A stretch of DNA of 64,000 bases. Origin: Dictyostelium discoideum (taxonomy: Eukaryota). Below the pieces are notes generated by a model, which was given only the letters and a program-made list of their open reading frames with translations, was not told where the DNA came from and searched no databases. The DNA lies in NCBI GenBank assembly GCA_000004695.1, contig CM000154.2:2976001-3040000 (forward strand), read 5' to 3'. The translations under genes were made by a program, and so were the position numbers. Shown piece after piece: positions 45,495-63,502 of this stretch. Each line of letters opens with the position of its first letter. Position 1 is the first letter of the stretch.

Positions 45495-48400
45495 CTGTTG
45501 TTGTTGCTGTTGTTGAGTTTATTGAGTTTATTATAGTTTCAGTTTCTACTATTGATACTTTATTATTATCAACCGATTCAATGGTAACAGTTGAAGCATT
45601 TTGTTCAGATTGTTGTGGTTGTTGATCAACATCTTGAGGAGCACCACAACAAGCATCAATAATAACAATATTATCTAAAGCCACTGAACTACTAGATGAT
45701 GAAGATAATGTTTGTCTTTCTTCAATTATTCTCCATGGATTAGTTTTATTATTTGGGAAATACTTGTAAAGACGTAAGAATTGTTGATCGATATCAAAAG
45801 TGACTGAAATTTGATCAGTTAAATCTTTAATAGTTTTACCTTTGAAAGTGATTTGTTTTGCAGGATATTCAAAAGATTGTTCTTGTGGTACTCTCTTATG
45901 AACATAAAGTAATAACGGTGGTACTAATTTAACAAAACTAGTTGAATGTTGTTGAATATGATTTGCACCATTTAATTCATTAACTTTTTCAAGTAAATTA
46001 CCATTTGGCTCATCATAATCTTCAATTATATTTTGTTGTTGTTGGTCAATTTGTTTTGTATAAATTTCAATTGTAATTGAAGATTCTAAATGAATATGAA
46101 GTTTTGATAATGGTTTATTAAAAGAATTTAATAATTTTTCATCTAACCAAATTCTAATATCTTGTTCTTCCATATTAATAAATGATTGATTTAAAAATAA
46201 ATCCCAATTTAATAATTGATTTTTCAATTGTTGTAGAGTTATCTTTTTATCAGCCCAAAGATCACCAATTGGTATAATTGTGAATAAATCTGGTACCATT
46301 GGAATATAAGTTGGATTTAGATGAAGTATTGGTGAAGAAGGTACTGGTAAACATTGAGAAATGTTATTAATTTGGTAAAGTTTAACCTTTAATAGAATTT
46401 GATCTTTTGAAGGTAGTACACCCTCTTCTAGCCAAACGATATCCATTGATTTTATACCAGACTCTTCCAATGTCATATCCTCCTCAATGAATACATTGAT
46501 TGGTTTCTCAAAGAGATCAGTTTGTCTAAGTATATAACGATTTGAAAACTCTTCATTGATTGACAACTGTTTCAATATCTCCTTTTTCAATTGAGTGATG
46601 GTAGTTTGCTTTGAAGAAGAATTGGTAGTCAATAATTTTGGATCAGGGAAAACTGCTTTCTTATCGATTGCATAGAGATATTTAATAGAGAGATTTGATT
46701 TGGCGGGTTGTCCCTTCTCAAAGATTACCAATGAAGTATCGACGATATTTGCTTCTTTCAACATTAAACTATCGTCAGAGATACCAGTACCTTCATAACC
46801 ACCGACTAAAGTTTTTCTAATTACAGTTTGATCCAACCAAACCTTCTTTTGATTTGGATAAAGCATATCGAATATGGTCTCTTTCAATTGATAGATTGTA
46901 CTCTTTGGATCGGATAACACACGTACTGGTGGTGATTCAGTGAGTGGTGCACTAGTGGTTCTAAAACGATCTTTAACAAATATTTGAATCTTTGATTTAT
47001 TCAACTCGAAATCTTTTTTAACCAAACTACTAGATTGATCCAATGAATCTGATCCACCAATACTTTCAACATCGAATCCCTCTGGTAAAACCTCACACAA
47101 TATACTAATACCATTATAAATTCTTTGAGAGAATTTCAAATCCATATCATCCTCCAATGGCAATAAACAAGTTTGAGATGGCATCATATAGAGTAGCAAT
47201 CTATTTGGTGTTACCCTCTCATTGGTAAACATTAACTGATTAATACCATCACAAATTGTATCTTTAAATTGTTGAAAACTTGACTCCCTATCCACCATTA
47301 AATTCAAATCTTTCATTAAATAATCCACTGTTACCGATGATACAAATGAATCGGTAACGGTTTCATTCTCTTTTTCAATTTGTTCTTCTTCATCACAAAC
47401 CGTCGCATCCATTAAATTTGATAAACCTTTTGATTTATGATAGAAATATCTAACAGAGAATTTAATTGGTATATTTGATTTATCTTCACCCTTCCAAATC
47501 AATAATTGTGAACCCTCCCTAATACCAATCTTTTTAATGTTAACACTTGGTGAAGCTTGAATGGGTGGTTGTAAAATGATTTTACCATCTTTTACATAAC
47601 ATTCTTGAATTACGATACCACATTGCTTAGTTTCAATTTCAATTGACTCAATTTGATTTTTATACTTTTCTCTAATTAAATTAAATAAATCCTCTGTTGT
47701 ACTTGATACATCGATTGCCAATGACTCTCTTTCTCTTTCTCTATCTTTCTCTTTAATATTATTTTGAATATCATAAATCAGTCCATCACGAATTATAACA
47801 CTATCAATGAATCTTGGTTGTATATACATTGTATTCATACTTTTATCATAATCAATTCTTTCATTTACAATACTCTTATTAAATTCTGATATTTCCTTTT
47901 CAAAATGTGATGGTATATCCTTAAACTCCATTTTATCTCTTAATGCTACTGATCTATAAACCAACATATAAGCACATTCATCTTTACCACCAAATTGTCT
48001 CTTTAAAACATTATCTTTAATTGGTAAAACACTACTATCATTAAAATCAAACCAACCTGTAAATTTATTACCTTCTTCATCATTTTCTTCATCATTTTCT
48101 TTATTTTTATTTAATTTTTCTTTTTTTTCATTTTCTTCAATTTTATTATCTGATGCTGTATTTGTTGTTGTTGTTGTTGTTGTAGTATTTGTTGTCGTTG
48201 TTGTTGATGTATTAATATCTTTATCTTGTTGTTGATCAACTTTTAAAGTTGAATTACCAATTGATTGAAGATCTTTAATATAAGAATGATAATGACCACC
48301 AAAAGCACCACCACTATGAATTAAAACAGAGAACAATTCATAATTTAATTTCTCTGGTTCTGGTGTTGTATCAGGATTCTCTTTATGTTGTAAATAATCA

Positions 48401-49624
48401 ATAGTGAATGGTGTCATATCTAATTGTTGAGAGAATTCAAAACGATTATGAAGTTTAACACGAGTACCCCTTTGGAAATCATAATCGAATCTACGAAGTG
48501 CAAAAATTAATATTTTAGGGATTTTACCCAATTTAACTTGAAATGTTGCAACCACCTTTTCATTACACTTTTCACAAGAGTACATATTTCTACCATCCAA
48601 TGTTTCAGGAGTTGAAAAGGATCCAACCAAACTCTCTTCAATTGAATTGAAACCTTTTACACCAATGGGTATATCTTGAAAATGTTCTTGTGAATCCTTA
48701 ATGGTACCACACTTTGTACATGTTAATCTATTTACAAAATAACCTTTATATAAATCATTGAATAATGTTTCAATTGGTGTTTTCTTTATTGAATGTTCGA
48801 CTGCATCAAATAAAACTCTATTCAATTCATGTATATCTTGTTGATGAAATGATTGACTACCATTCCATCCAAAACTTTTTGTTAAATCTTCTGTTGAAAT
48901 TGCATAAACATCACCTTTTTGTAACATAGAAAATAATCTTTGTAATTCATATGGAATAATTCTACCTTTTCTTTTAGTTGTTGTTGTGGTTGTTGTTGTT
49001 GTTGTTGTTGTTGTTGTATTATTATTATTATTATTATTATTATTTACATTTGTTGTTGTGGTGGTTGTATTTGAAGTATTATCTGTTGTATTTTTATTAT
49101 TATTATTATTATTATTTTTATTATTCTCTAAAGCTTCACCAGAGAATACATTAATCTTTGTTGATTCATCATATAAAACTATTGCTTTTGAACTATCAGA
49201 TGGAATACCACTATCAATCATACCACTTGAATAATATTCACTTGTTGTACCATCACGTCTTGGATATGTATCAAATGCATCATAACAATCACCAAATAAT
49301 GATTGATCAACAAATGATGCATCATTGTCAAAATCATTATTATTACAGTTATTATTTACAGAAGGTCCAAATGGTACCTCATCATTATTATTATTTGATG
49401 CTCTATTATTATTATCATTATTATTATTATTATTACCACTACTACTAAAATCATCAAGGAATTGAGATTCATCACAAGTTAAAATCCAATCAATTAATCT
49501 TTCTTGTTGAGAAGGTAATGGGAATCTTTTTAAAGCAGCAATTAATTTATACTCTTCAAATCCAAATGCCATTAAACCAATTGCATACTCTGAATCTAAT
49601 AAATCATTATCATTTACAATATTA

Positions 49625-49685
<61 letters not shown>

Positions 49686-50224
49686 TAACACTATCATTAT
49701 TATTATTATTATTATTATTGTTTTTGTTGTTGTTATTATCACTATTGGTTATATTTGTTTCATTATCTTTTTCTTGTTCTTTTTCTTTTTCTTTTTCTTT
49801 TGTATTTTCTTTATCAATTTCATTTTTATTTTCTATTTCTTTTTGTTGTTTTAAGTCTGTTATTCCAAAATCATCAATTCCTAATTTATATATATCATTC
49901 TTTAATTCTGGTGTCATATAAAGCATTTGAATTAAACTATTTAGGTAACATGTTGCTCCTCTTTTTATTTTTTATATATTTTTTTTTTTAAGAAAAAATT
50001 AATATAGATAACTAGGATGATGATAAAAATAATAAGAAATAATTAACTTACTGATTTAATAAACCAACAAAACCATAACCTGATCTTTCACCAGTTGGTT
50101 TTCTCTTGTAAGATGTTGATCTACCATAGCCACCACCACCATTGCTTTGACCAGGTAATAAAGGCCCTATGAATTCCTCTCTATTTGTATCATCTTCATC
50201 GCCATCAAATAAACCACCAAACAT
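45100..50224 (-). CDS. Ubiquitin carboxyl-terminal hydrolase, USP47 ortholog; join(50224..50052,49960..45100), ~1677 aa
   Basis: Exon 1 (MFGGLFDGDEDDTNREEFIGPLLPGQSNGGGGYG..YGFVGLLN) has a GTAAGT donor. Exon 2 begins QGATCYLNSLIQMLYMTPELKNDIY, the Cys box, and includes the His box YELFSVLIHSGGAFGGHYHSYIKD. The N-terminal region matches the remembered human USP47 ([37 protein letters not shown]). There are long poly-Thr and poly-Asn inserts. Confidence 0.8.
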
Positions 50225-50938
50225 TATTATGAAATATTTTTATTTATTTTTATTAGTATTTGTATTTTTGTATTCTTATTAATTATTAATTATTTATTAT
50301 TTTTTGGAAAAAAAAAAAAAAAAAGAAAACAAAAAAGTTTTGTGATCTTGTTTTTGTTGAAAAAAAAAAAAAGAAAAAAAAAAATAAAAATTTTTAAATT
50401 AATTTTTTAATTAAAAAAATAAAAAATAGAAAAAAAATGAAAAATAAAAAATATAAAAAAAAAAATAATGAGAAATTTCAAAGAATTATCCATAAAAAAA
50501 AAATTTTTTTATTTTTTTGATATAAATAAAATGATGTATAGATAAAACTTTTATTAATTAATATTTGTATTGGTCTGAGATTCTCAAAGGAATTTTCATT
50601 TCATTATAACCATTCTTTTTTTTTTTTTTTCAATTTTTTATTTTAGTAATAAATATGAAAAATAATAATTTGTGGGGGTCAATAATTTCCATTTTTTTTT
50701 TTTTTTTAATTTCCCACTTTTTATTGAAAATAGATAAAATTAGATCACAATTCCCAAAGTTTCATCTGGAACATGTACAGCTAGCTTGTTGTATTAAAAA
50801 AATGGTAAAATTAATTAATTAGGAAAAAAACAAAAAAAAATAATAACCTTTTTGTAAAGAGTGTTTAGTGATTCAGTGTTGTATGAAAATAAATAAGTTG
50901 TTTTTTTGTTTTTTTATTTTAATTTTAATTTTTATTTA

Positions 50939-55174
<4,236 letters not shown>

Positions 55175-55273
55175 GGTAAAGGGGTTGCAGGTTTTTTTTT
55201 TTTTTTTACAATGATTTTTTTATTTTTTTTTTTACAACAATTTTATTTTTTTTTTTTTACAATGATTTATTAT

Positions 55274-55310
<37 letters not shown>

Positions 55311-55379
55311 GGAAATATAATTTTTAAAAATAAATAAAAAAATAATAATGGGTTTATTAATTTACAACAAAATTGGGCG

Positions 55380-55856
55380 GAATTGGGTTAAAAAAAATTA
55401 TTTCAAAAAAAAAAAAAAAAAAAAATTTTAAAAAATTCAAATTTCAAAAAAAAAATCAAATTTCCAAAAAAAATTAATTTAAATTAAATTAAATTAAAAA
55501 AACCGGTTGTTCACCTGCTTTTTAAAAAAAAAAAAGGGGTTTTTTCCCCAATTTTCAAAGGGGGGGGGGAAAAAAAAGGCCAATTTTTTTTTTAAAAAAA
55601 TTAATTAATTTAATTTTTTTTTTTTTCAAAAAAAAGGGGGGTTTATTTTTTTTTTAAATAAAATTTTTTTTTTTTTTTTTTAAAGGGCCCAAAAAATTTT
55701 TTTTTTTTTTGGCCCCCAAGGGGAAAAATTTTTTTTTTAAGGGGTTTTTGGTTTAACCCGGGGGAGGCCCCCTTTTTTTAATTTTAAATTTTAAAAAAAA
55801 AAAAATTTTTTTTGAAAAAAAAAAAAAAAAAAAAAAGGTTTTTTTTTTTTCCCCCA

Positions 55857-55870
<14 letters not shown>
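55380..55870. other. Second low-quality or artefactual G/C-homopolymer patch (RasGEF 5' flank)
   Basis: GGGGGGGGGG, GGCCCCC, CCCGGGGGAGGCCCCC and AACCGGTTG lie within poly-A/T. It is the same kind of sequence as 24420-25430. Confidence 0.45.
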
Positions 55871-55895
<25 letters not shown>

Positions 55896-56157
55896 ATTTT
55901 AAAAAAAATTATATTAATCCTTATTAATAATATATTATTATTATTATTTTAAAATTTCTTTTTTTTTTTCTTCAAATAAAATTATAATTAATAAATAAAT
56001 AAAACAAACAAATAAATAAAATAAAATAAAATAAAATAAAATAAAATAAAATAAAATAAAATAAAATAATATAAAATAAATAAAATAAATTATAAAATAA
56101 ATTAAATAAAATAAAATTAAATAAAATAAACACATAATAAAAAAAAAAAAAAAAATT

Positions 56158-57702
56158 ATGGAAAAATTATTTTTTAAAGTTTGGAAAAATAATATTTTAA
56201 GGAAATTAATATTTTCATATATTATAGAAATTAATAAAAGAAAAATTGGTAGAATTTTAAAATATTATGAAATTAAATCAGCAGATATTTTATGTGATAA
56301 TGGATATTGGTTATTATTAAAAGATATAGTTCAACAGAGAGAGATTAGAAGAAAACAAAAAGAAGAGGGTAAATCATGTTATCCAGGCCCATCAATAGAG
56401 ATAAAGATAACAGAATCATCATTAATTAAAATTTGTAAAGGTGTTTCAAATATTGATTTATTTAAATCACTTTATTATCAATTAGAAAAGGAGTTTAAAT
56501 ATCATGATTTCATGTTTATAGATTATGCAGCCGATAGCGGTTCATTGGAGGTGGTGAAATTCCTTCATGAAAAGGGCCACAGTGCGTCATTCGTTGCCTT
56601 GGATAACGCAAGTTGGAGAGGGCATTTCGATATAATTAAATTCCTAATCCACAACAGACATGAGCAATGCTCGAAAGGAGCCATCGACCAGGCCGCTGCC
56701 GAGGGTAATTTACCAATAGTGAAATATCTATCAAAGTACACACAATCTGGGTGTTCAAAGTCTGCTATTAATCTAGCATGCAAAAACGGGCATTTAGAAA
56801 TGGTGAAATACCTATTCGAGAATAGAAAAGAGGGTGCGTCAGCCAAGGCATTGGATTATTGCTGCGAGTTTGGTAGATTTGAAATATTTAAATATCTATT
56901 TGAAAACGATGTTTTGTCATTAAACAATATGGGCACTACCTCATTCAGCAGTCAAAGTGAGTCACAAAATAACAATGGTCATAATAAACAGTATATCACA
57001 GTTGACGGCTTGAAATTGGCTGTCAAAAGTGGTAATTTGCAATTGGTTAAATATATGATTGATAATAAAATTTTCATTAGATCAGATTGTAACATTGCCT
57101 ATCAACAAAGTCTATCCCAAAGAAATTGTGAAATCATTAAATTATTAGAACAATTCTCTAGTGAAAGAATTACAACAGTTGAATTCATAATGTATAATAT
57201 AAAAGCAATTGAAAATAAATTATTAAATAATATAATTTACTTATTTGACAAGTATCCTAAACAAGTACTATCTTCAACTCAATATAAAGAATTAATTTAT
57301 AAATCTGTACAATCTTCTGATTTCCAAATATTTCAATTCATTTTCCAAAATGCAATTAAAAAATATCCAACTTTTTTACAACAAACTTTAAAGAATTCCT
57401 CTTCTTCCTCTTCCTCTTCCTCCTCATCTTCTTCAAAAGGTGAAAAAAATCATTTAAATGAAAAATATTTATTTATGTTATCTATAAGATCTTTAAATTT
57501 AGAAATTGTTCAATTTATTTATAATCAATATCATATTCCTTCAAATTCAATTAATATTCAATTATTATTATCTTTTTCAATTTATAATTTTAATATACCA
57601 ATAACTGATTTTTTAATTTCAAACTTTTTTATAAATAATTTTTATTTAATTCAAAATGATCATCAAGATGATCATGATTTAGATAGTATTAATAATATGT
57701 AT

Positions 57703-57766
<64 letters not shown>

Positions 57767-58225
57767 GTTATAAAAATAGTAAATTAAATTTAGATAATTA
57801 TTTATTATCACCAATAATAAGATCAAATTCAAAAATTTATAATTATTTATTAAATTGTAAAAATAATATTTTACCACAATTACTATTACAACAAATTCAA
57901 CAACCACAACCACAACCACAACCACAATCACAACCTCAATTATCAAATAATAATAATAATAATAATACTAAAAAACAAAGTGTATTATTTATTAATAATG
58001 AAAATTATAAATTATTGTATAAATCAAATATTTCATCAATTTATGATGAAATTCATATATCAAACCCAAAATATTTTAAAATATTTTTAACCCATTTAAC
58101 TGATAGTATGATGTCGGAATTTGATGATTCTTTTAATCACATCTCAAGAGGAAATCATATTAGATTTGTTGATGCTTTTTCAGGTGATCATCATCTTTTA
58201 TATGGTTTTAATAATAATAATAAAT

Positions 58226-58230
<5 letters not shown>
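56158..58230 (+). CDS. Ankyrin-repeat protein (690 aa) whose N-terminal F-W-K motif relates it to the 32595/37032 family
   Basis: The N-terminus is MEKLFFKVWKNNILRKLIFSYII. There are at least 5 ankyrin repeats (GSLEVVKFLHEKGH, GHFDIIKFLIHNRH, GNLPIVKYLSKY, GHLEMVKYLFENRK, GNLQLVKYMIDNK). It also has poly-Ser, poly-Asn and a (PQ)n stretch. The repeat-encoding block 56540-57130 is about 42% GC, against about 22% elsewhere in the gene. Confidence 0.65.
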
Positions 58231-58258
<28 letters not shown>

Positions 58259-58497
58259 CCAAACCAAAACAAGTTCAAAATAAAAGATCCAAGTAAGACA
58301 TTTTTTTTTTTTTTTTTTTTTTTTTCAAAATAAAAGATCCAACTAATTCCTTTTTTTTTTTGGTTTTTTTTTTTATTTTATAATTTCTATTTTTAACCAC
58401 TAATTTTATAATTATTTTTATTTTACAGTTTTTACTTAAAATAAACAACTAGCCATTTTTTTTATTTGTGAATAATAATAATAATTTAGGGGGAATT

Positions 58498-58532
<35 letters not shown>

Positions 58533-58657
58533 TCAAAATGTAAAATTTTTAAAAATAAACACAAAATTTTTTTTTTTTTTTTTGTTTTTGTTTCTGTTTA
58601 AAAATTTTGCTTTTTTTTATTTTTTATTAATTATCTTAAAATAATATATAAGGTTAA

Positions 58658-59131
58658 ATGGCAACAAGTGAAGATGATAAAGATAACAGTTATAAAAAAA
58701 TTAAATGTACAATTCATCCAAATAAAAAAATAAAACTTTTATGTTCAGATTGCAATTTAATGCCATGTTGTATTGAATGTATTTTAGATGGTGAACATAT
58801 TTCACATAAATATCGAAAGTTAGAATCAGTAGATTTTTCATTAATTAATAGTAAATTTAAAAATGATATATGTCCAAAAATAAAAGAAAAAATTGAAAAT
58901 AATAAAATAATATTAAAAGAATCTTATAATAAATTCCATGAAATTCAATCACAATTTTATAATAATAATAATTTAATAAAAAATGAAATTGATAAAATTC
59001 GAGAAACCATTTCAAATATTGAAACTGATTTTCAAAATGAATTAAAAGAAACCTTTGATAATAATAAAATAATAAATACAAAAATAACATCATCAATAAA
59101 TCAAGATAATGAATTACTCACAAACATTGAA

Positions 59132-59195
<64 letters not shown>

Positions 59196-59431
59196 GTTCA
59201 AATTGTATTGATGCAAATGAAACCATTAAACGATATCAACAATTATTAATATTAATAAATAATAATAAAAAAAATTCAAATAAATTAAAAGAATATAATA
59301 ATCAAGTGATTACATTTGAAAATTCAACACTTGATGAAATTAAAAATTATTTAAAATTAATATATTCTTTTAAAAATAATGATAATAATGATAATAAAAG
59401 TAATAATGAATTTGATAATGATGGAGATTAA
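58658..59431 (+). CDS. B-box zinc finger plus coiled-coil protein (257 aa), paralog 1 of the B-box/FNIP cluster, with no FNIP repeats
   Basis: CTIHPNKKIKLLCSDCNLMPCCIECILDGEHISH is a B-box-type Cys/His finger. It is followed by a coiled-coil-like region with a poly-Asn tract, and it ends with a stop at 59431. Confidence 0.6.
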
Positions 59432-59689
59432 TATATGTATATATATGTTAATTATTTTCATTGTGTTTTCCTCAATTCAAAAATAAATAAAAGTAAAAAT
59501 CAGATTGTAACAAAGACACCATAAATAGTAATTTTTTATTTTATTTTTTGTTTTTTTTTATTTTTTTTATTTTTCTTTTTTTTTTTTTATTTCCATGCAT
59601 TTTGGGTCACTTTTTTTATTTTTACACACATTTCGCTTTTTTTTTAATTTCTCTTTTTTTTTTTTTTTTTAGTATTAAGTTTATTACCA

Positions 59690-60449
59690 ATGACAACAAG
59701 TAATAATAATAATAATAACAATAATAATAATAAAAATAAAATTCATAAAAATATTAAATGTACAATACATTCAAATAAAAAAATAAAACTTTTATGTTTA
59801 GATTGTAATTTAATGCCATGTTGTATTGACTGTATTGCAGATGGTGAACATAATACACATAAATATAGAAAGTTAGAATCAAAAGATCTTTCATTAATTG
59901 ATAATAATTTAAAAAATAATGTATATCCAAAAATAAAAGAAACAATTGAAAATAATAAAATAATATTAAAAGAATCAAATAAAAAATTCAATGAAATTCA
60001 ATCACAATTTTATAATAATAATAATTTTATAAAAAATGAAATTAATAAAATTCAAAATATAATTTCAAATTTTAAAAGTGATATTGAAAAACAATCAAAA
60101 GAAATATATAATAATAATATAATAATAAATACAACAATAACATCATCAATAAAACAAGATAATCAAATACTCACAAACATTGAAAATAATAATAATGAAT
60201 CCAACCCAAATGATATAAATGAAATAATTAAACAATTTCAACAATCATTAATAATATTAAATAACAACAATTCAAATAAATTAAAAGAATACGATTGTAA
60301 AATGGTTCAATTCGATCATTCAACAATTGATCTTATTAAAAATTATTTAAAATTAATTTATTCTATAAAAGATAATTGTAATAATCAATTTTATTACGAT
60401 GAAGATTTTCAATTTATATGTGAACCAGAAGGTAATAATGAGCCGGTCG

Positions 60450-60535
<86 letters not shown>

Positions 60536-62059
60536 CTGCAACAACAACAACAACAACCAACACCAATTTCACCAACAACAACAACAACAACAGCAACAAC
60601 AACAACAACAACAGCAACAGCAACTACAACATCAACATCACCAAATAATAAAAAAAGAAAGAATCCAGATTCTGATGATTATGATGGTAGTGATGGTTAT
60701 GATGGTCATGATTCTGATGATGGTCATGATTCTGATGATGACTCTGATGATGATGATAATAATAATGATAAAAATGATGACAATAATAATAATAATAATA
60801 AAAATAAAAATGGACCGAATAAAAAATATAGACCACGTGTATTAAGTAAAATAACAAGTAATGTTAAAACGTTGCATATACATTGTTTAAGACAAGAATT
60901 AGAGATTGGTTGTATACCTAATACTATTGAAACCATCTTTTTAAAAGGTGGATACAATCAAAGATTACTCACTGGTATAATACCAGAAGGTGTTAAAAAG
61001 TTACAATTTGGTAGAATGAATCAAGAATTAATTATTGGATCAATTCCTAAATCAGTGACGTGTGTAGCTTTAAAAGGTGGATTCAGTCAAAAATTAACAC
61101 CAGGTTTAATACCAGAAACTGTACTAGACTTTAAAATTGGTGATACCAATCAAGTTTTAATGGTTGGATCAATTCCAAATAGTGTAAAGAGACTCTATCT
61201 ATTCCGTAAATTCAACCGAAAATTAAGACCTGGTATAATTCCAAAAGGTGTTACAGAGTTGTATTTAGGTAATAAGAATGATGTATTAAAGGTTGGTTCA
61301 ATTCCAAATACTGTAAAGACTATCTATTTAGAGAAGGATTTCAACCAAAAGTTAATACCTGGCATATTACCAAACGATGGTTTTAAAGAACTACATATTG
61401 GTCCCATAGAATTAAAAGTATTAGAGATTGGTTCAATTCCTAAAACTGTAAAGAGGGTCTATTTGAATAGTAAATATCCACAAAAATTTAAACCAGGTAT
61501 ATTACCAGAAGGTGTTCAAGAATTACATTTAAGCGGAAAGAATCAACCCTTAATGATTGGTTCCATTCCAAAAACTCTAAAGAGTATTTATTTGGAAAAA
61601 GGATTCAAACAAGCATTACCACCTGGTATAATAACTGAAGGTGTAGAAAACCTATATTTACGTTCTATAGGTAAGGTTCAAATTGGTTCAATTCCTAATA
61701 CTGTAACAAGTGTCCATATATTGAAAGAGTTTAATCAAACATTAAAACCTGGTGTTTTACCAATAAGCGTTAAACATTTACATCTATATGATTTCAAATC
61801 AACATTAACTATTCATTCAATTCCTAATACTGTGGATAATGTATATTTAAATGATGGATTCAGTCAAAAAATAATGCCTGGTATATTACCAATAGGTGTT
61901 AAATCTTTACATTTAGGTGATATAAAAAAAGAAATAACCATCGAATCAATCCCCTTCACTTTAGAGACTATAAATATATATAGAGGTTTTAAACATCCAA
62001 TTGAACCATTCATTTCAAAAAATATAAAAATTGTCAATCACTTAAAGAGACTTAACTAA
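59690..62059 (+). CDS. B-box zinc finger plus FNIP-repeat protein (789 aa), paralog 2
   Basis: It has the same B-box (CTIHSNKKIKLLCLDCNLMPCCIDCIADGEHNTH). It then has polyQ (CAA)n, a Thr/Ala-rich stretch and an Asp-rich stretch. After that come 17 or more ~22-aa FNIP repeats (..IGSIPKSVTCVALKGGFSQKLTPGLIPE.., ..VGSIPNTVKTIYLEKDFNQKLIPGILP..). Confidence 0.7.
60462..60540. repeat. (CAA)n polyglutamine-coding microsatellite
   Basis: About 26 CAA units. Confidence 0.8.
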
Positions 62060-62085
62060 AATATTATTTTTAAACTATTTTTTTT

Positions 62086-62261
62086 ATTTTATACTACAAC
62101 TACAACATCAATACCAACATCACCAAATAATAAAAAGAGAAAGAATCCAGATTCTGACGATTATGATGGTCATGATTCTGATCATGATCATGATCAGGAT
62201 TATGATAGTCATGATTCTGATCATGATCACGATTCTGATGATGATTCTGATGATGATGATG

Positions 62262-62357
<96 letters not shown>

Positions 62358-63125
62358 GTGAAACCATCTTTTTAAAAGGTGGATACAATAAAAGATTACT
62401 GATACCAGAGGGTGCTAAAAAGTTACAATTTAATAGAATGAGTTGGGAATTAATTATTGGATCAATTCCTAAATCAGTGACGTGTGTAGCTTTAAAAGGT
62501 GGATTCAGTCAAAAATTAACACCAGGTCTAATTCCAGAAACTGTATTAGACTTTAAAATTGGTGATACCAATCAAGTTTTAATGGTTGGATCAATTCCAA
62601 ATAGTGTAAAGAGACTCTATCTATTCCGTAAATTCAACCGAAAATTAAGACCTGGTATAATTCCAAAAGGTGTTACAGAGTTGTATTTAGGTAATAAGAA
62701 TGATGTATTAAAGGTTGGTTCAATTCCAAATACTGTAAATACTATCTATTTAAAGGGGAATTTCAATCAAAAGTTAATACCTGGCATATTACCAAACGAT
62801 GGTTTCAAAGAACTACATATTGGTCCCATAGAATTAAAAGTATTAGAGATTGGTTCAATTCCTAAAACTGTAAAGAGTGTATTTTAATAGTAGAAATATA
62901 CAAAAAATTAAGCCAGGTATATTACCAATAGGTGTTAAATCATTACATTTAGGTGACATAAAACAAGAAATACCCATCGAATCAATCCCCTTCACTTTAG
63001 AGACTATAAATATATATATATAGGTTTTAAACATCCAATTGAACCATTCATTTCAAAAAATATAAAAATAGTTAATCACTTAAAGAGACTTAACTAAAAT
63101 ATTATTTATAAACTATTTTTTTTAT
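62086..63125 (+). pseudogene. Truncated tandem duplicate of the 3' ~1.5 kb of the 59690..62059 B-box/FNIP gene
   Basis: The copy starts immediately after the parent 3' flank. 62086-62260 corresponds to parent ~60590-60790 (TTTPTSPNNKKRKNPDSDDYDG..). 62340-62885 is near-identical to parent ~60930-61470 (ORF 62438..62887 is a frameshifted FNIP block). 62890-63110 is near-identical to parent ~61870-62090, including the stop and 3' UTR. It carries internal deletions and a new (AAT)n at 62262-62355. It has no start codon and no B-box. Confidence 0.6.
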
Positions 63126-63129
63126 TTCT

Positions 63130-63185
<56 letters not shown>

Positions 63186-63378
63186 GATACATCTATTTAA
63201 TTAAGTAAAAAATATGTTTTTGTTTTAAAAAAAAATAAAAAAAATAAAAAGTAATGTTTTGAAAATATCTCGACATCATTTTGTTTTTCTACTTTTTGGC
63301 ACAAAACAAGTAAAATTTTTTTTTTTATCAGTTTTTTTTTCTTTATTTTTTAAGTCTTCCATTTTATTTTATTTTATT

Positions 63379-63414
<36 letters not shown>

Positions 63415-63502
63415 ATATACTGGATATTGATCCAACAAAATTTTTTAAAAATATTTATTTTTTTTTTTTTTTTTTTTTTGATAAACTATAATTCCAAAAA
63501 CA

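Noticed and set aside
56565-56846. 93-aa antisense ORF inside the ankyrin gene
   Set aside because: It exists only because the sense strand here is GC-rich. It has no start context or homology, and the sense-strand ankyrin reading is clearly the real one.
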